A stretch of 64,000 bases of DNA, taken from contig DJVZ01000045.1 of assembly GCA_002441395.1 (NCBI GenBank), positions 26,940 through 90,939 on the forward strand. The letters run 5' to 3'. The stretch's first letter is position 1. Each line of letters opens with the position of its first letter. The notes beneath the pieces are model-generated. The model saw only the letters and a program-made list of their open reading frames with translations, ran no database searches and had not been told where the DNA came from. The translations under genes and the position numbers were made by a program. Positions 48,805-57,950 of this stretch are shown here, in pieces. Origin of the DNA: Spirochaetaceae bacterium UBA6243. Lineage in GTDB: Bacteria > Spirochaetota > Spirochaetia > Treponematales > Rectinemataceae.

Positions 48805-49788
48805 ATGATTCCTTTTCCGCGCAATTCTCTGCTCTTGGCGCCGATGGTCGGCATCACGAACAGGGCATTCCGGACTTTCGTGCATGAGATGGGGGACGCA
48901 GACTGGTATACGACCGAAATGGCAAGCGCGGAAGCCTTTCTTTCCGGCGGAAGAAATGAATCGGTATACCTCGATCCTGCGCCCTGTCCACCGCGCACGT
49001 CGGTACAGTTCACCGCGCGCAGTCCGGATTCGCTTGCCGCCGCATGTCGCGCCATGTCCAAAGTCCCCGCCGAACGGCGTCCCGCGGGGATCGACATCAA
49101 TATGGGCTGTTCGGCGCCACACATCAAAAGCTCGGGGAGAGGAGCCGCACTTCTCGACAATGTCCCTCTGGCAAAAGAGATGGTCGCGGCGGCGCGTGAG
49201 AGCTGGGCAGGCCCGCTCTCCGCCAAAATCCGTTTGAGCGTCACGAAGGGCGAAGAGGGCACTATATTTCTGGCCAAATCGCTCGCGGAGGCCGGCCTCG
49301 ATTTTCTCGTCGTCCACGCGAGGTTCGACACGCAGAAATTCCGGCGCAAGGCTGACCATCGTTTCGCAGTTTCGCTCGCGAAAGAACTCCTCATCCCCGT
49401 CATCGCGAATGGGGATATTTCGACGGCCGAAGAGTGTCGTTCGCTTCTGGCTTCAGGGAACATTCACAGCCTGATGATCGGGCGGGCCGCGGTGCGCGAA
49501 CCCTGGCTTTTCCTTCGGCTGCACGAGGAACTTGCCGGGATATCCGTGGCGTCCGCCCAAAAACACGATCTTCTTGCGATCGGACTGCGCTACATCGACC
49601 TCGCCGAAACCCTGCTTCCGCCGGAATGGCAGAAGGAAACCTGCAGACGATCTTTTTCGTATTACGCGGATAACGTGACCTTTGGACACCACCTCAAGTT
49701 TTCGCTCATCAACGCGCCTTCTCTCGATGAAATGCGGATCATTCTGAAAAAGTATTTTGACGAAGTTCCTCAGGACAGATTTCTATAG
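48805..49788 (+). CDS. tRNA-dihydrouridine synthase family protein
   Basis: LAPMVG, DINMGC, VHAR, ANGDI and MIGRAA motifs. Confidence 0.9.
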   Translation: MIPFPRNSLLLAPMVGITNRAFRTFVHEMGDADWYTTEMASAEAFLSGGRNESVYLDPAPCPPRTSVQFTARSPDSLAAACRAMSKVPAERRPAGIDINMGCSAPHIKSSGRGAALLDNVPLAKEMVAAARESWAGPLSAKIRLSVTKGEEGTIFLAKSLAEAGLDFLVVHARFDTQKFRRKADHRFAVSLAKELLIPVIANGDISTAEECRSLLASGNIHSLMIGRAAVREPWLFLRLHEELAGISVASAQKHDLLAIGLRYIDLAETLLPPEWQKETCRRSFSYYADNVTFGHHLKFSLINAPSLDEMRIILKKYFDEVPQDRFL

Positions 49789-49845
49789 AGTGCCCCTACT
49801 GCGGATGAGGCGCGAAGCGTCCCTTCCTACATGTCATTACTTAGC

Positions 49846-49874
49846 TTGACGATACACAATTTTACAATTATAGT
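49846..49874 (+). promoter_or_regulatory. Sigma70-type promoter
   Basis: TTGACG-N17-TATAGT. Confidence 0.65.
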
Positions 49875-49910
49875 AATTATGTCAATTCATACGACAGGAG
49901 GCTTAGCCAA

Positions 49911-51869
49911 ATGGCAAATACCATTCCTCAGATGTATATTGAAATCACCCAAAAACAACCAAAGGCCAATGCACAGCTTTCAAAAGATGCACAGGGCAAA
50001 TTCCAGCCGACAGATTATGGCACACTGCTGCAGGAAGTGGGTATTTGCGCTTCCGGCCTGCACAAATTCGGCATCAAGCGAGGCGAAAATATCGGGTTCA
50101 TTTCTGACAACAGGAAAGAATGGCTCATTGCAGACCTCGCCATGCTGGGCCTCGGAGCCGCCGATGTACCGCGCGGCTGCGACGCGACCGCCCAGGAAAT
50201 TGCCTACATTTTAAGCTGGAGCGAATGCGCGATTGTCATCCTCGAGAATGATCGTCAGCTGCAAAAAATCCTCGACATCAAGGCAGGCCGCATTCCCTTC
50301 ACTTCGCAGTCGCTGAGGGAAGCGCCCTATGCACACCTGAAGACCGTCATCCTCTTCGACCCGCCACCACAATCACCACAATCGGCGGCTGAAGAAGCAC
50401 GCAATGCAGGCTTAAGCGTTCTGTTTTTCTCTGACATCATGAAAGAAGGGCAGGCGCTCCACGAAAAAGAGCCTGAATTCTTTCAAAATGAAGCCGCAAA
50501 AGGCACGCGCAACGATATTGCGACCATCATCTACACTTCCGGCACGACAGGAGATCCAAAAGGCGTCATGCTCAGCCACGGCAACTTTCTGCATCAGACC
50601 GAATATCTGCCAGTTCTCCTTGGAGTAAAAAGTGGCGATGTATTTCTTTCTGTGCTTCCAGTGTGGCACTCATTCGAGCGGGCCGTTCAGTACATCATAT
50701 TGCAGGCAGGAGCCACGGTCGCGTATTCAAAACCCGTCGGCTCGATTTTGCTCGCGGACATGCAGGCGGTGCAGCCGCAGTGGTTTACTTCTGTTCCGCG
50801 AATCTGGGAATCGATTAAAGACGGCGTATACAAAACGATCCGACAAAGCGGAGGCGTCAAGAAAGCAATGTTCTCGATGTTCGTCGCTATCGGGAAAGCA
50901 CAGGCCTATTTCAGAAACATGCTGCTCGACCGGCTGCCGAAATTTTCTTCGCGCTCTCGTGTTCTCGACATCGGCATGGCAATTATTCCCTTTGTGCTCT
51001 TGACTCCTCTGCGCGCGTTGGGCGACGTGCTTGTGTTCAAAAAGATCAAGGTAAAGCTCGGCACGCGCTTCATTGCAGGTATTTCCGGAGGCGGAGCCCT
51101 TCCTCCCACCGTCGACAAATTTTTCGACGCGCTCGGCATCCTCATTCTTGAAGGCTACGGTCTCACCGAAACGGCGCCGGTGCTCGGAGTCAGACTTAAA
51201 ACTCATCCGGTGACAGGCACTGTCGGCCCCATCCACAGAGGCACCGAAATCCGTATCGTCGATGAACACGGCAACGTGCTTCCCGCAGGACAAAAAGGTG
51301 TGATTCAGGTCCGTGGCCCCCAGGTCATGCTCGGCTATTACAAGCGTCCCGACCTCACCACAAAAATACTCTCCGATGACGGCTGGCTTGACACGGGCGA
51401 CCTCGGCATGCTCACCATTCATGGCGAAATCAAGATCGTCGGACGCGTGAAAGACACCATCGTGCTGCGCGGCGGCGAGAACATCGAGCCCGTACCCATT
51501 GAACAGCGGCTGTGCGAGAGCACATACATTCAGCAGGCAGTAGTGCTCGGCCAGGACCAGAAGTACCTGGCCGCCCTCATCGTGCCGCAGCAGGAAACGC
51601 TCATTCAGTGGGCAGAGGAAAACGAAATTCCTTTCAATGATTATACGTCGCTTCTTGACCAGCCAGAGGTAAAAGAGCTGATCGATAGTGAAATCAATGC
51701 GTTCGTAAGCATGAAAAATGGTTTCAAGCCCTTTGAGCGGATATTCCGCTTTGCCCTCTTGCCAACGCCCTTCGAGGCTGGACGCGAGCTCTCAGCAAAG
51801 CAGGAACTGAAGCGTCACGCCATCAACGAACTCTACAAGAATCAAATACGATTGCTGTTTACCGAATAA
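49911..51869 (+). CDS. Long-chain fatty acid--CoA ligase (AMP-binding family)
   Basis: YTSGTTGDPKG, EGYGLTET, DTGDLG and GGENIEP motifs; AGGAGG SD. Confidence 0.92.
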   Translation: MANTIPQMYIEITQKQPKANAQLSKDAQGKFQPTDYGTLLQEVGICASGLHKFGIKRGENIGFISDNRKEWLIADLAMLGLGAADVPRGCDATAQEIAYILSWSECAIVILENDRQLQKILDIKAGRIPFTSQSLREAPYAHLKTVILFDPPPQSPQSAAEEARNAGLSVLFFSDIMKEGQALHEKEPEFFQNEAAKGTRNDIATIIYTSGTTGDPKGVMLSHGNFLHQTEYLPVLLGVKSGDVFLSVLPVWHSFERAVQYIILQAGATVAYSKPVGSILLADMQAVQPQWFTSVPRIWESIKDGVYKTIRQSGGVKKAMFSMFVAIGKAQAYFRNMLLDRLPKFSSRSRVLDIGMAIIPFVLLTPLRALGDVLVFKKIKVKLGTRFIAGISGGGALPPTVDKFFDALGILILEGYGLTETAPVLGVRLKTHPVTGTVGPIHRGTEIRIVDEHGNVLPAGQKGVIQVRGPQVMLGYYKRPDLTTKILSDDGWLDTGDLGMLTIHGEIKIVGRVKDTIVLRGGENIEPVPIEQRLCESTYIQQAVVLGQDQKYLAALIVPQQETLIQWAEENEIPFNDYTSLLDQPEVKELIDSEINAFVSMKNGFKPFERIFRFALLPTPFEAGRELSAKQELKRHAINELYKNQIRLLFTE

Positions 51870-51881
51870 ATCCGCATCGAT

Positions 51882-52757
51882 TCAATTTACTTCGATGTCG
51901 CCCAATACGCTCTTCACATAGAGCCGGCGGGCGCCATCGCCTGTGCGGAATGCGCAGCGCTGCGGTCCCATGCCCGCAGTATTCACCGAATGACTGGTAT
52001 CAATGCGGCCGGAGAGTGTCTCAGCTCTGAATTCCACGCTGCTGTGCTCGAGCTGAACCGAAATATCGCCCGAGTATGTCTGGATTTCTCCTCCGCCGAA
52101 GAGCCCGCTTACCTCGAATTCGATATCGCCTTTGCTGGAGATGAGCCTGATTCGTCCACCGACTCTGCGCACGTTTATTTTGCCCTGTTCGGAGACGGCC
52201 GCCACATTTTTCTCGACTTGATCGATGAATGCCGATCCGTTCTGTATTTCCACTTGAGCCGAACCGGAAATTCTGCTGCACCTGAGCACGCCATCGATGC
52301 TCCGCACAGAGCAGCCTTCGCTGCCTTCAATGTTAATGGATCCGCTTACGCTTGAAGCTTCAACGAATTTGGCGCCTGTCACGCCAATATTGCCCCGTTC
52401 CGTGATGGCGAGCACATTTGAAGGCATATCGCGGATCTGTATCGAACCTCTTGAAGAATGCACCTCGATATCGGAGATGTACGATGGAATAAAGACACTG
52501 CATTTGCTGATCCGCACAAAATCATTCCCCATCACATTGAGAATGGCGATACTTTCGGCGCGGCGAACCTTGCACGACCAGGCATCAATTTCGCCGGAAA
52601 CGCCTTCCAGCTCGATGTAATAGCGAAGATACACATCATGAGATTTTATAACGGTGATGTCGCCTTCTGAAACACGAAGCACAATTCGCCGGATATTTTC
52701 TATGCTCTGAACATCTTCGATAAATCGAAAATCTATATCCACACCTTCGGTGCGCAT
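51882..52757 (-). CDS. DUF4097 beta-strand repeat protein
   Basis: Repeated S/T-x-x-G-x-I units; start uncertain (52802, 52757 or 52742). Confidence 0.72.
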   Translation of the reverse strand: MRTEGVDIDFRFIEDVQSIENIRRIVLRVSEGDITVIKSHDVYLRYYIELEGVSGEIDAWSCKVRRAESIAILNVMGNDFVRISKCSVFIPSYISDIEVHSSRGSIQIRDMPSNVLAITERGNIGVTGAKFVEASSVSGSINIEGSEGCSVRSIDGVLRCSRISGSAQVEIQNGSAFIDQVEKNVAAVSEQGKINVRRVGGRIRLISSKGDIEFEVSGLFGGGEIQTYSGDISVQLEHSSVEFRAETLSGRIDTSHSVNTAGMGPQRCAFRTGDGARRLYVKSVLGDIEVN

Positions 52758-52881
52758 CCGACATTGCCTCCACTTGCTGAATCCGATCCGTACCTGCCTC
52801 ATGGTTTAGGGCAGAAATTAATTATTTGTTGAAATTATACCACAGCTTGTTATTTTTGACGAGAACCCAAGGGGCAAAGGA

Positions 52882-52910
52882 TTGACGGCGGAATTTTTTG
52901 GTTTTATAAT
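52882..52910 (+). promoter_or_regulatory. Near-consensus sigma70 promoter
   Basis: TTGACG-N17-TATAAT. Confidence 0.8.
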
Positions 52911-52917
52911 ACGTTTA

Positions 52918-52946
52918 TAGTTTGTATTACAAACTAGTTTGTAATA
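52918..52946. promoter_or_regulatory. Overlapping palindromic operator array
   Basis: TAGTTTGTA-T-TACAAACTA (52918-52936) overlaps the perfect 22-bp palindrome TATTACAAACTAGTTTGTAATA (52925-52946). Confidence 0.75.
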
Positions 52947-52961
52947 GAGAAAGAGGAACAT

Positions 52962-53609
52962 ATGAACATATCTGATCAGAAATTACAAGAATTCGAATCC
53001 ACACTCAAAGAAATCCGCGATGCAGCCATAAGCGATTCAAAATTATTCTCCGACCATGATTTCCGGAGAGCCATCATCTGGCTTTCCTTTGGATTCAGCA
53101 TTGTCATTACGGCATTTTGTGTCGCAGGCCATGCATTGATCGGCAACGGGGACGCGGCCACCACTCATGCCGCGATCCTCATGTTCTGGATATTCATTAT
53201 TCTCCTTGCGATTGGCGGCACAATCAAAATCACGCTGATCTCCAAAATAATGGCGCGGAAAAACAAAACCCTTTTCAGTGTATTGCGCATTGTCTATGGA
53301 AGGGGTCCCCTCGCCGTCATCATCGCCGCCATTGTCTCGATCGTCGTGACTTCCGCATTCTTTATGACTGCCGGCCCTGGATCACTCGCGATACCCCTTT
53401 CGGCAATGTTCATTTCGTTTGGCGTATTTGCGCTGGATTTGCGCATTCGGTTGCCGGAATTCAGGGCGCTTGGCTGGTCTCTTCTGATATTGGGCTCGAC
53501 AGCGCTTTTCTTTGTTCAAGAGTCGCCGTGGCTATGGGGCGGACTTGTGTGGGGCGGATCGTTTTTCGCGCTCGGCGTAGCCGGACTCTTTGCGATGAGA
53601 GCATCATGA
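52962..53609 (+). CDS. Hypothetical integral membrane protein (about 6 TM)
   Basis: Several hydrophobic segments; GAGG SD; coupled to the regulator gene. Confidence 0.75.
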   Translation: MNISDQKLQEFESTLKEIRDAAISDSKLFSDHDFRRAIIWLSFGFSIVITAFCVAGHALIGNGDAATTHAAILMFWIFIILLAIGGTIKITLISKIMARKNKTLFSVLRIVYGRGPLAVIIAAIVSIVVTSAFFMTAGPGSLAIPLSAMFISFGVFALDLRIRLPEFRALGWSLLILGSTALFFVQESPWLWGGLVWGGSFFALGVAGLFAMRAS

Positions 53610-53914
53610 ATCTGCCAGATCTCGACAAAGTCATTCATGAGCGGGCCCGGCTGCGCATTCTTGCCTGCCTCACATCCCAACCCAGGCATATATGTTCGTT
53701 CACACAGCTCAAGGAAACGCTCGACATGACCGCAGGAAACCTTTCGTCGCAGCTCTCGGTGCTCGAACGTTCGGAATATATCGTGATAGAAAAGAAATTC
53801 CGCGGCAAGAAACCACTCACTGAAGTTGTGCTTACGGAAAAAGGCTCTGAAGCGTTCGGAAACTACATCGACACACTCGATCAGATGATCGCGGCACTCA
53901 AATCCGGGAAATAA
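53606..53914 (+). CDS. Winged-HTH (ArsR/MarR-like) transcriptional regulator
   Basis: LDKVIHERARLRIL, F..LK..L.MTAGNLSSQL and K.FRGKKP.T motifs. Confidence 0.88.
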   Translation: MNLPDLDKVIHERARLRILACLTSQPRHICSFTQLKETLDMTAGNLSSQLSVLERSEYIVIEKKFRGKKPLTEVVLTEKGSEAFGNYIDTLDQMIAALKSGK

Positions 53915-53926
53915 CAGGAGGCTTCT

Positions 53927-54625
53927 ATGGCGGAAGTAGTTTTGACATTGAAAAATGTGACAAAGATATACGGAAAAGGAGAAGCTGAGGTCACGGCGCT
54001 TCACCACATTTCCCTGGCTTTCGGGCAAGGCGAATTCGCTGCGGTGGTCGGTCCTTCGGGCTCGGGGAAGACGACGCTTCTCAACATCATTGGCTGCCTT
54101 GACTCACCAACAGAAGGGGAACTTGCGTGGAAAGGCGCACGGATGAAATCGATGAACAAAACCGAGCTCGCGACGTATCGGCGCACACATGTTTCCTTCG
54201 TCTTCCAGTCCTATAATTTGATTCCGGTCCTCACTGTCACTGAAAATGTCGAACTGCCGCTCCTCATCGAGGGAAACCACGACAAGGCGCAGATACACGA
54301 ACGCGCCCGCGCCATAATAACGATGGTCGGACTTGCGGATAAGGCAAACCGCTACCCCACCGAGCTTTCGGGTGGTCAGGAGCAGCGCGTCGCCATCGCG
54401 CGCGCCCTTGTCAAAAAACCGAGTATCGTCCTCGCCGACGAGCCCACTGCCAACCTCGACTCTCATGCCGCAGGCGAAATAATCGAACTGATGGGCGAAA
54501 TCAATAAGAAAACGAATACCACCTTCCTCTTCTCGACGCACGATCCCCGCATCATGGAGTTGGCGCACCGCATCATCACCCTGTGTGACGGCCAGGTCGA
54601 GAGCGACGAGAGGCGCGCGCCATGA
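53927..54625 (+). CDS. ABC transporter ATP-binding protein (LolD/MacB family)
   Basis: GPSGSGKTT, FQSYNLIP, LSGGQEQR, ADEPTANLD and STHD motifs. Confidence 0.93.
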   Translation: MAEVVLTLKNVTKIYGKGEAEVTALHHISLAFGQGEFAAVVGPSGSGKTTLLNIIGCLDSPTEGELAWKGARMKSMNKTELATYRRTHVSFVFQSYNLIPVLTVTENVELPLLIEGNHDKAQIHERARAIITMVGLADKANRYPTELSGGQEQRVAIARALVKKPSIVLADEPTANLDSHAAGEIIELMGEINKKTNTTFLFSTHDPRIMELAHRIITLCDGQVESDERRAP

Positions 54626-55884
54626 AAGCGGACAACAGGATGCTCTTTCAGATCGCGCTGCGAAATGTAGCGCGTCACAGCAGGCGCACCGCGATCACCG
54701 CTGTCGTGCTGGCTGTGGGGATAGCCGTGTTCATCACGTTTCAGTCCCTGCTCGCGGGCATGGACAGGGTGACGATCGACACCGCGATAGATTACGACAA
54801 CGGCTCAATAAGCGTGAGATCGAAGGACTATGAGGCGCACGCGACGAGCCAGCCTCTTGAATATGGCATTCAGGATCCCGAAGGCGTAATGGGCGGATTG
54901 GCCGCGCTGTTGCCGGTCGGCAGCACATGGACGCCACGCACGAGGTTTTATGTGCAGGTTTCGAACTGGGCGGACGAGACGCCGGCGCTGGCATTCGTGG
55001 TACGGCCTGATACGGACAGGAAGGTCTTCAAGACCGCGCAGAAGGTGGTGGGCGGCGGATGGGGAGTGACGACAAAAGCCGTGGTCGGCACAGACCTTGC
55101 GCGAGATTTGAATGTCAAGGAGGGCGACAGTATTGTGGTCACCGCCGTGCTCCCCAATGGCAGCCTCAATGCAATCGAGCTGGTAGTCGGCGGCATCGCC
55201 GATTTGCCGCTCTATTCGCTTTCGCAGCAGGCCATCTACATGACGACGCAGGATGCCGAAGCGCTGGTCGACGCTCCCCTGCCCGTCACCGAAATCGATA
55301 TCCGTCTACCCCCCGCATCGAGGCTCGACGTGCTTGTCGCACAGGCGGACTCGGCCGCTTCCCGCATTGAGAAGAACAACAATGACCTCGCCGCGGTCAG
55401 CATCGGAGAGGCCATGCGCGACTACCTCGCAATGCGGAACATGAAATCGAAATTCGCCTACATCATCATCGTCATTGTACTTTTGATCAGCTCAGTCGGC
55501 ATCTTCAACACAATTCTCATGAGCATGTACTCGCGCATCAGGGAAATAGGCGTCCTCGCCGCCTATGGGCTCGAACCCAAGCAGATCAAGCGCCTCTTTT
55601 CGCTGGAAGGGACTCTTGTCGGCGTCATAGGGAGTACGGGGGGCGTACTGCTGGGCGCGGTCTTTGTGTGGTGGCTTACCAGCCGCGGCATTTCCTTTGG
55701 TGGAATGTTCGGGAATCTCGATCTTGGCAATTTGCCCAAGGATCTCTTCATCAGAGGCGAATGGAACCCCGCCACGTTCGCGCAGGGGTTTATCTTCGGC
55801 GTGCTCGTGTCATGGCTGGCAAGCCTCATGCCGGCGCGCAAGGCGAGCAGCATTGAAGTGACCGAAGCCCTGCGCTTCGTGTAA
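54622..55884 (+). CDS. ABC transporter permease (LolC/E, FtsX-like)
   Basis: ALRNV.R..RRT, R.REIGVL.AYG and PARKAS.I...EALR motifs. Confidence 0.9.
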   Translation: MKADNRMLFQIALRNVARHSRRTAITAVVLAVGIAVFITFQSLLAGMDRVTIDTAIDYDNGSISVRSKDYEAHATSQPLEYGIQDPEGVMGGLAALLPVGSTWTPRTRFYVQVSNWADETPALAFVVRPDTDRKVFKTAQKVVGGGWGVTTKAVVGTDLARDLNVKEGDSIVVTAVLPNGSLNAIELVVGGIADLPLYSLSQQAIYMTTQDAEALVDAPLPVTEIDIRLPPASRLDVLVAQADSAASRIEKNNNDLAAVSIGEAMRDYLAMRNMKSKFAYIIIVIVLLISSVGIFNTILMSMYSRIREIGVLAAYGLEPKQIKRLFSLEGTLVGVIGSTGGVLLGAVFVWWLTSRGISFGGMFGNLDLGNLPKDLFIRGEWNPATFAQGFIFGVLVSWLASLMPARKASSIEVTEALRFV

Positions 55885-55896
55885 GGAGGGAAGGCT

Positions 55897-57150
55897 ATGA
55901 ACTTGATTTCATTTGCCTGGCGCAATCTCCTCCGCAACACGCGAAGGAGCCTGCTCGCGGTACTCTCAACTTTTCTGGCGACCTTGATGGTGGTGGCCGG
56001 CAACGGACTCACTGAAGGGTTTCTCGATTCGATGGTACGAAACTACGCCAAAAACGAGACGGGACATATACATATAACGACGGCGGCCTTCAGGGAGCGC
56101 TCGCGGTTCATGCCCGTGGACGAATACATTCCCGACGCGGACGCATTGGCCGAGAAAATAGAAGGCTTGAGCCCGGGCTCAAGCCAGGCAGAACATCTGC
56201 TCGCCGCTCCCCGCATTCGCTTCGGCGTACTTCTCTCATCCGGACCTTACACCAAGCCGGCGGTCGTCATAGCCGGCGATCCCGAAAAGGAAAAATTCCT
56301 TCTCATGCTGAACAGAAACATCCTGCCCGGCGGTTCATACTGCGATGAACCGGGTACCGCAATTATAGGGAGCGGGCTCGCGGCGGACCTCGAGCTCAAG
56401 GTCGGCGACACGCTCAAAACTGTCGCCACGCGATCCGATGGCGGCATCGGGTTCAAATCGCTCAGGGTTTCGGGCATTTTCCAGACAGGAACGAACGCGC
56501 TCGATGGCTCGATGTTTCAGATGCGCCTCGATGACGCCCAAACAATGCTCGCCATGCCGGGCGGGGCGCAGCAGATTCTCGTGATGCTGCCGGACTACCG
56601 ACAGGCGAACGCGTGGCAGAAAAAAATCAGTGGCGCGCTGAGTACTGAAGAGTCTGCGAATCTTTCGGTCCTCCCCTGGTCGGCGATCGGCGAATATCCG
56701 AAGGTCATTCAGCTCGCAGAGGCGATCTATATAGGCATGTGGTTCTTCATCGCGCTCCTGGGAGCGTTCATCATCGCGAACATCATGACGATGGTCGTGC
56801 TCGAGCGGCGAAGGGAAACAGGCATTCTGATGGCCATGGGAATGCCGCCGGCGAAAATTGTGCTTTCCTTCCTTATAGAAGGCACAATGCTGGGCCTGGG
56901 CGGATCGGTGCTCGGTACGGCGGCGGGAATTGCCTTCAACGCGACCTTCTCGCGCAAGGGATTCGATTTTTCCAGCGCGCTCGCGGGCTTTTCCTGGCCG
57001 ATCGACAACACCATAAGGCCGACGATATCGCTCTCCGGAGTGCTGTCGGGGATTCTGTTCTGCACGGTCGCGGCGGCCCTCATGTCATTCTTGCCCTCAT
57101 GGCGTGCCTCGAGGATGAAAGTTGTCGATGCGCTCAAAGCAGTTCAATAA
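55897..57150 (+). CDS. ABC transporter permease (LolC/E, FtsX-like)
   Basis: AWRNLLRN.RRS, ERRRETGILMAMG and PSWRASRMKVVDAL motifs. Confidence 0.9.
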   Translation: MNLISFAWRNLLRNTRRSLLAVLSTFLATLMVVAGNGLTEGFLDSMVRNYAKNETGHIHITTAAFRERSRFMPVDEYIPDADALAEKIEGLSPGSSQAEHLLAAPRIRFGVLLSSGPYTKPAVVIAGDPEKEKFLLMLNRNILPGGSYCDEPGTAIIGSGLAADLELKVGDTLKTVATRSDGGIGFKSLRVSGIFQTGTNALDGSMFQMRLDDAQTMLAMPGGAQQILVMLPDYRQANAWQKKISGALSTEESANLSVLPWSAIGEYPKVIQLAEAIYIGMWFFIALLGAFIIANIMTMVVLERRRETGILMAMGMPPAKIVLSFLIEGTMLGLGGSVLGTAAGIAFNATFSRKGFDFSSALAGFSWPIDNTIRPTISLSGVLSGILFCTVAAALMSFLPSWRASRMKVVDALKAVQ

Positions 57151-57161
57151 GGTGGAGACCT

Positions 57162-57950
57162 ATGAGAGTTCAAAAATCCCGTTCAAAAATACGCTTCCCC
57201 GCGATCGTCGCAATCCTGTGCGTGGCTGGCGTCATCTCTGTTTCGGCACAGGCAGCCGCAGGCGGCGGGTTTTCCCGGGAAGCGCAGGCGATCCTCGACG
57301 CCATCGACGCGGCCCAACAGTACTCGAGCATCTCCTACGTCGGGATGATGGAGATCACCCAGGGTTCGCGCGTGCTCAAGAAACAATTCGCCGCCTATGC
57401 GCGGGGTAAGGACCGCGTGTTCCTAGAATTCAGCAACCCTGAGGACCGGGGAGTTCGCATGCTGCGCCTCGGCTCCTCGATCTGGATGTACTTCCCGTCG
57501 GAGAGAGACACTGTCCGCATATCGGGCAGCCTCATGCGCCAGGGACTGATGGGTTCCAACCTGAGTTATGAGGAAGTCGCGGAAGGAGAAAGCCTGAAAG
57601 ATTTCTACAGCGCGGAAATACTGCGGGAGGAAACGCTCGACGGCCAGCCCTGCAAAGTACTCAAGCTCAGCTCATCGAGAACCGATATCTCCTATCCGGT
57701 ACGGATACTCTGGGTCGACAATACGCGGGAAATACCTCTCAAAATCGAACTGTACGCACGCAGCGGCATCCTCATGAAAACAATGTACATAAAGAATGTC
57801 GAACCCATCAGCGGGCGACTTCTGCCCACTACTGTCGAAATCGTCGACGCGCTCAAGAAAAATTCGAAAACCCTGTTTTCAATGGACTCGGTTAGGCTCG
57901 ACATTATGCTGACTGACAGTATGTTTTCGATGGAGGCGCTGACAAAGTGA
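57162..57950 (+). CDS. Outer-membrane lipoprotein-sorting (LolA-like) protein
   Basis: Signal peptide; F.NPEDRG..ML, IWMYFPS...RISG and MGSNLSYE motifs. Confidence 0.82.
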   Translation: MRVQKSRSKIRFPAIVAILCVAGVISVSAQAAAGGGFSREAQAILDAIDAAQQYSSISYVGMMEITQGSRVLKKQFAAYARGKDRVFLEFSNPEDRGVRMLRLGSSIWMYFPSERDTVRISGSLMRQGLMGSNLSYEEVAEGESLKDFYSAEILREETLDGQPCKVLKLSSSRTDISYPVRILWVDNTREIPLKIELYARSGILMKTMYIKNVEPISGRLLPTTVEIVDALKKNSKTLFSMDSVRLDIMLTDSMFSMEALTK

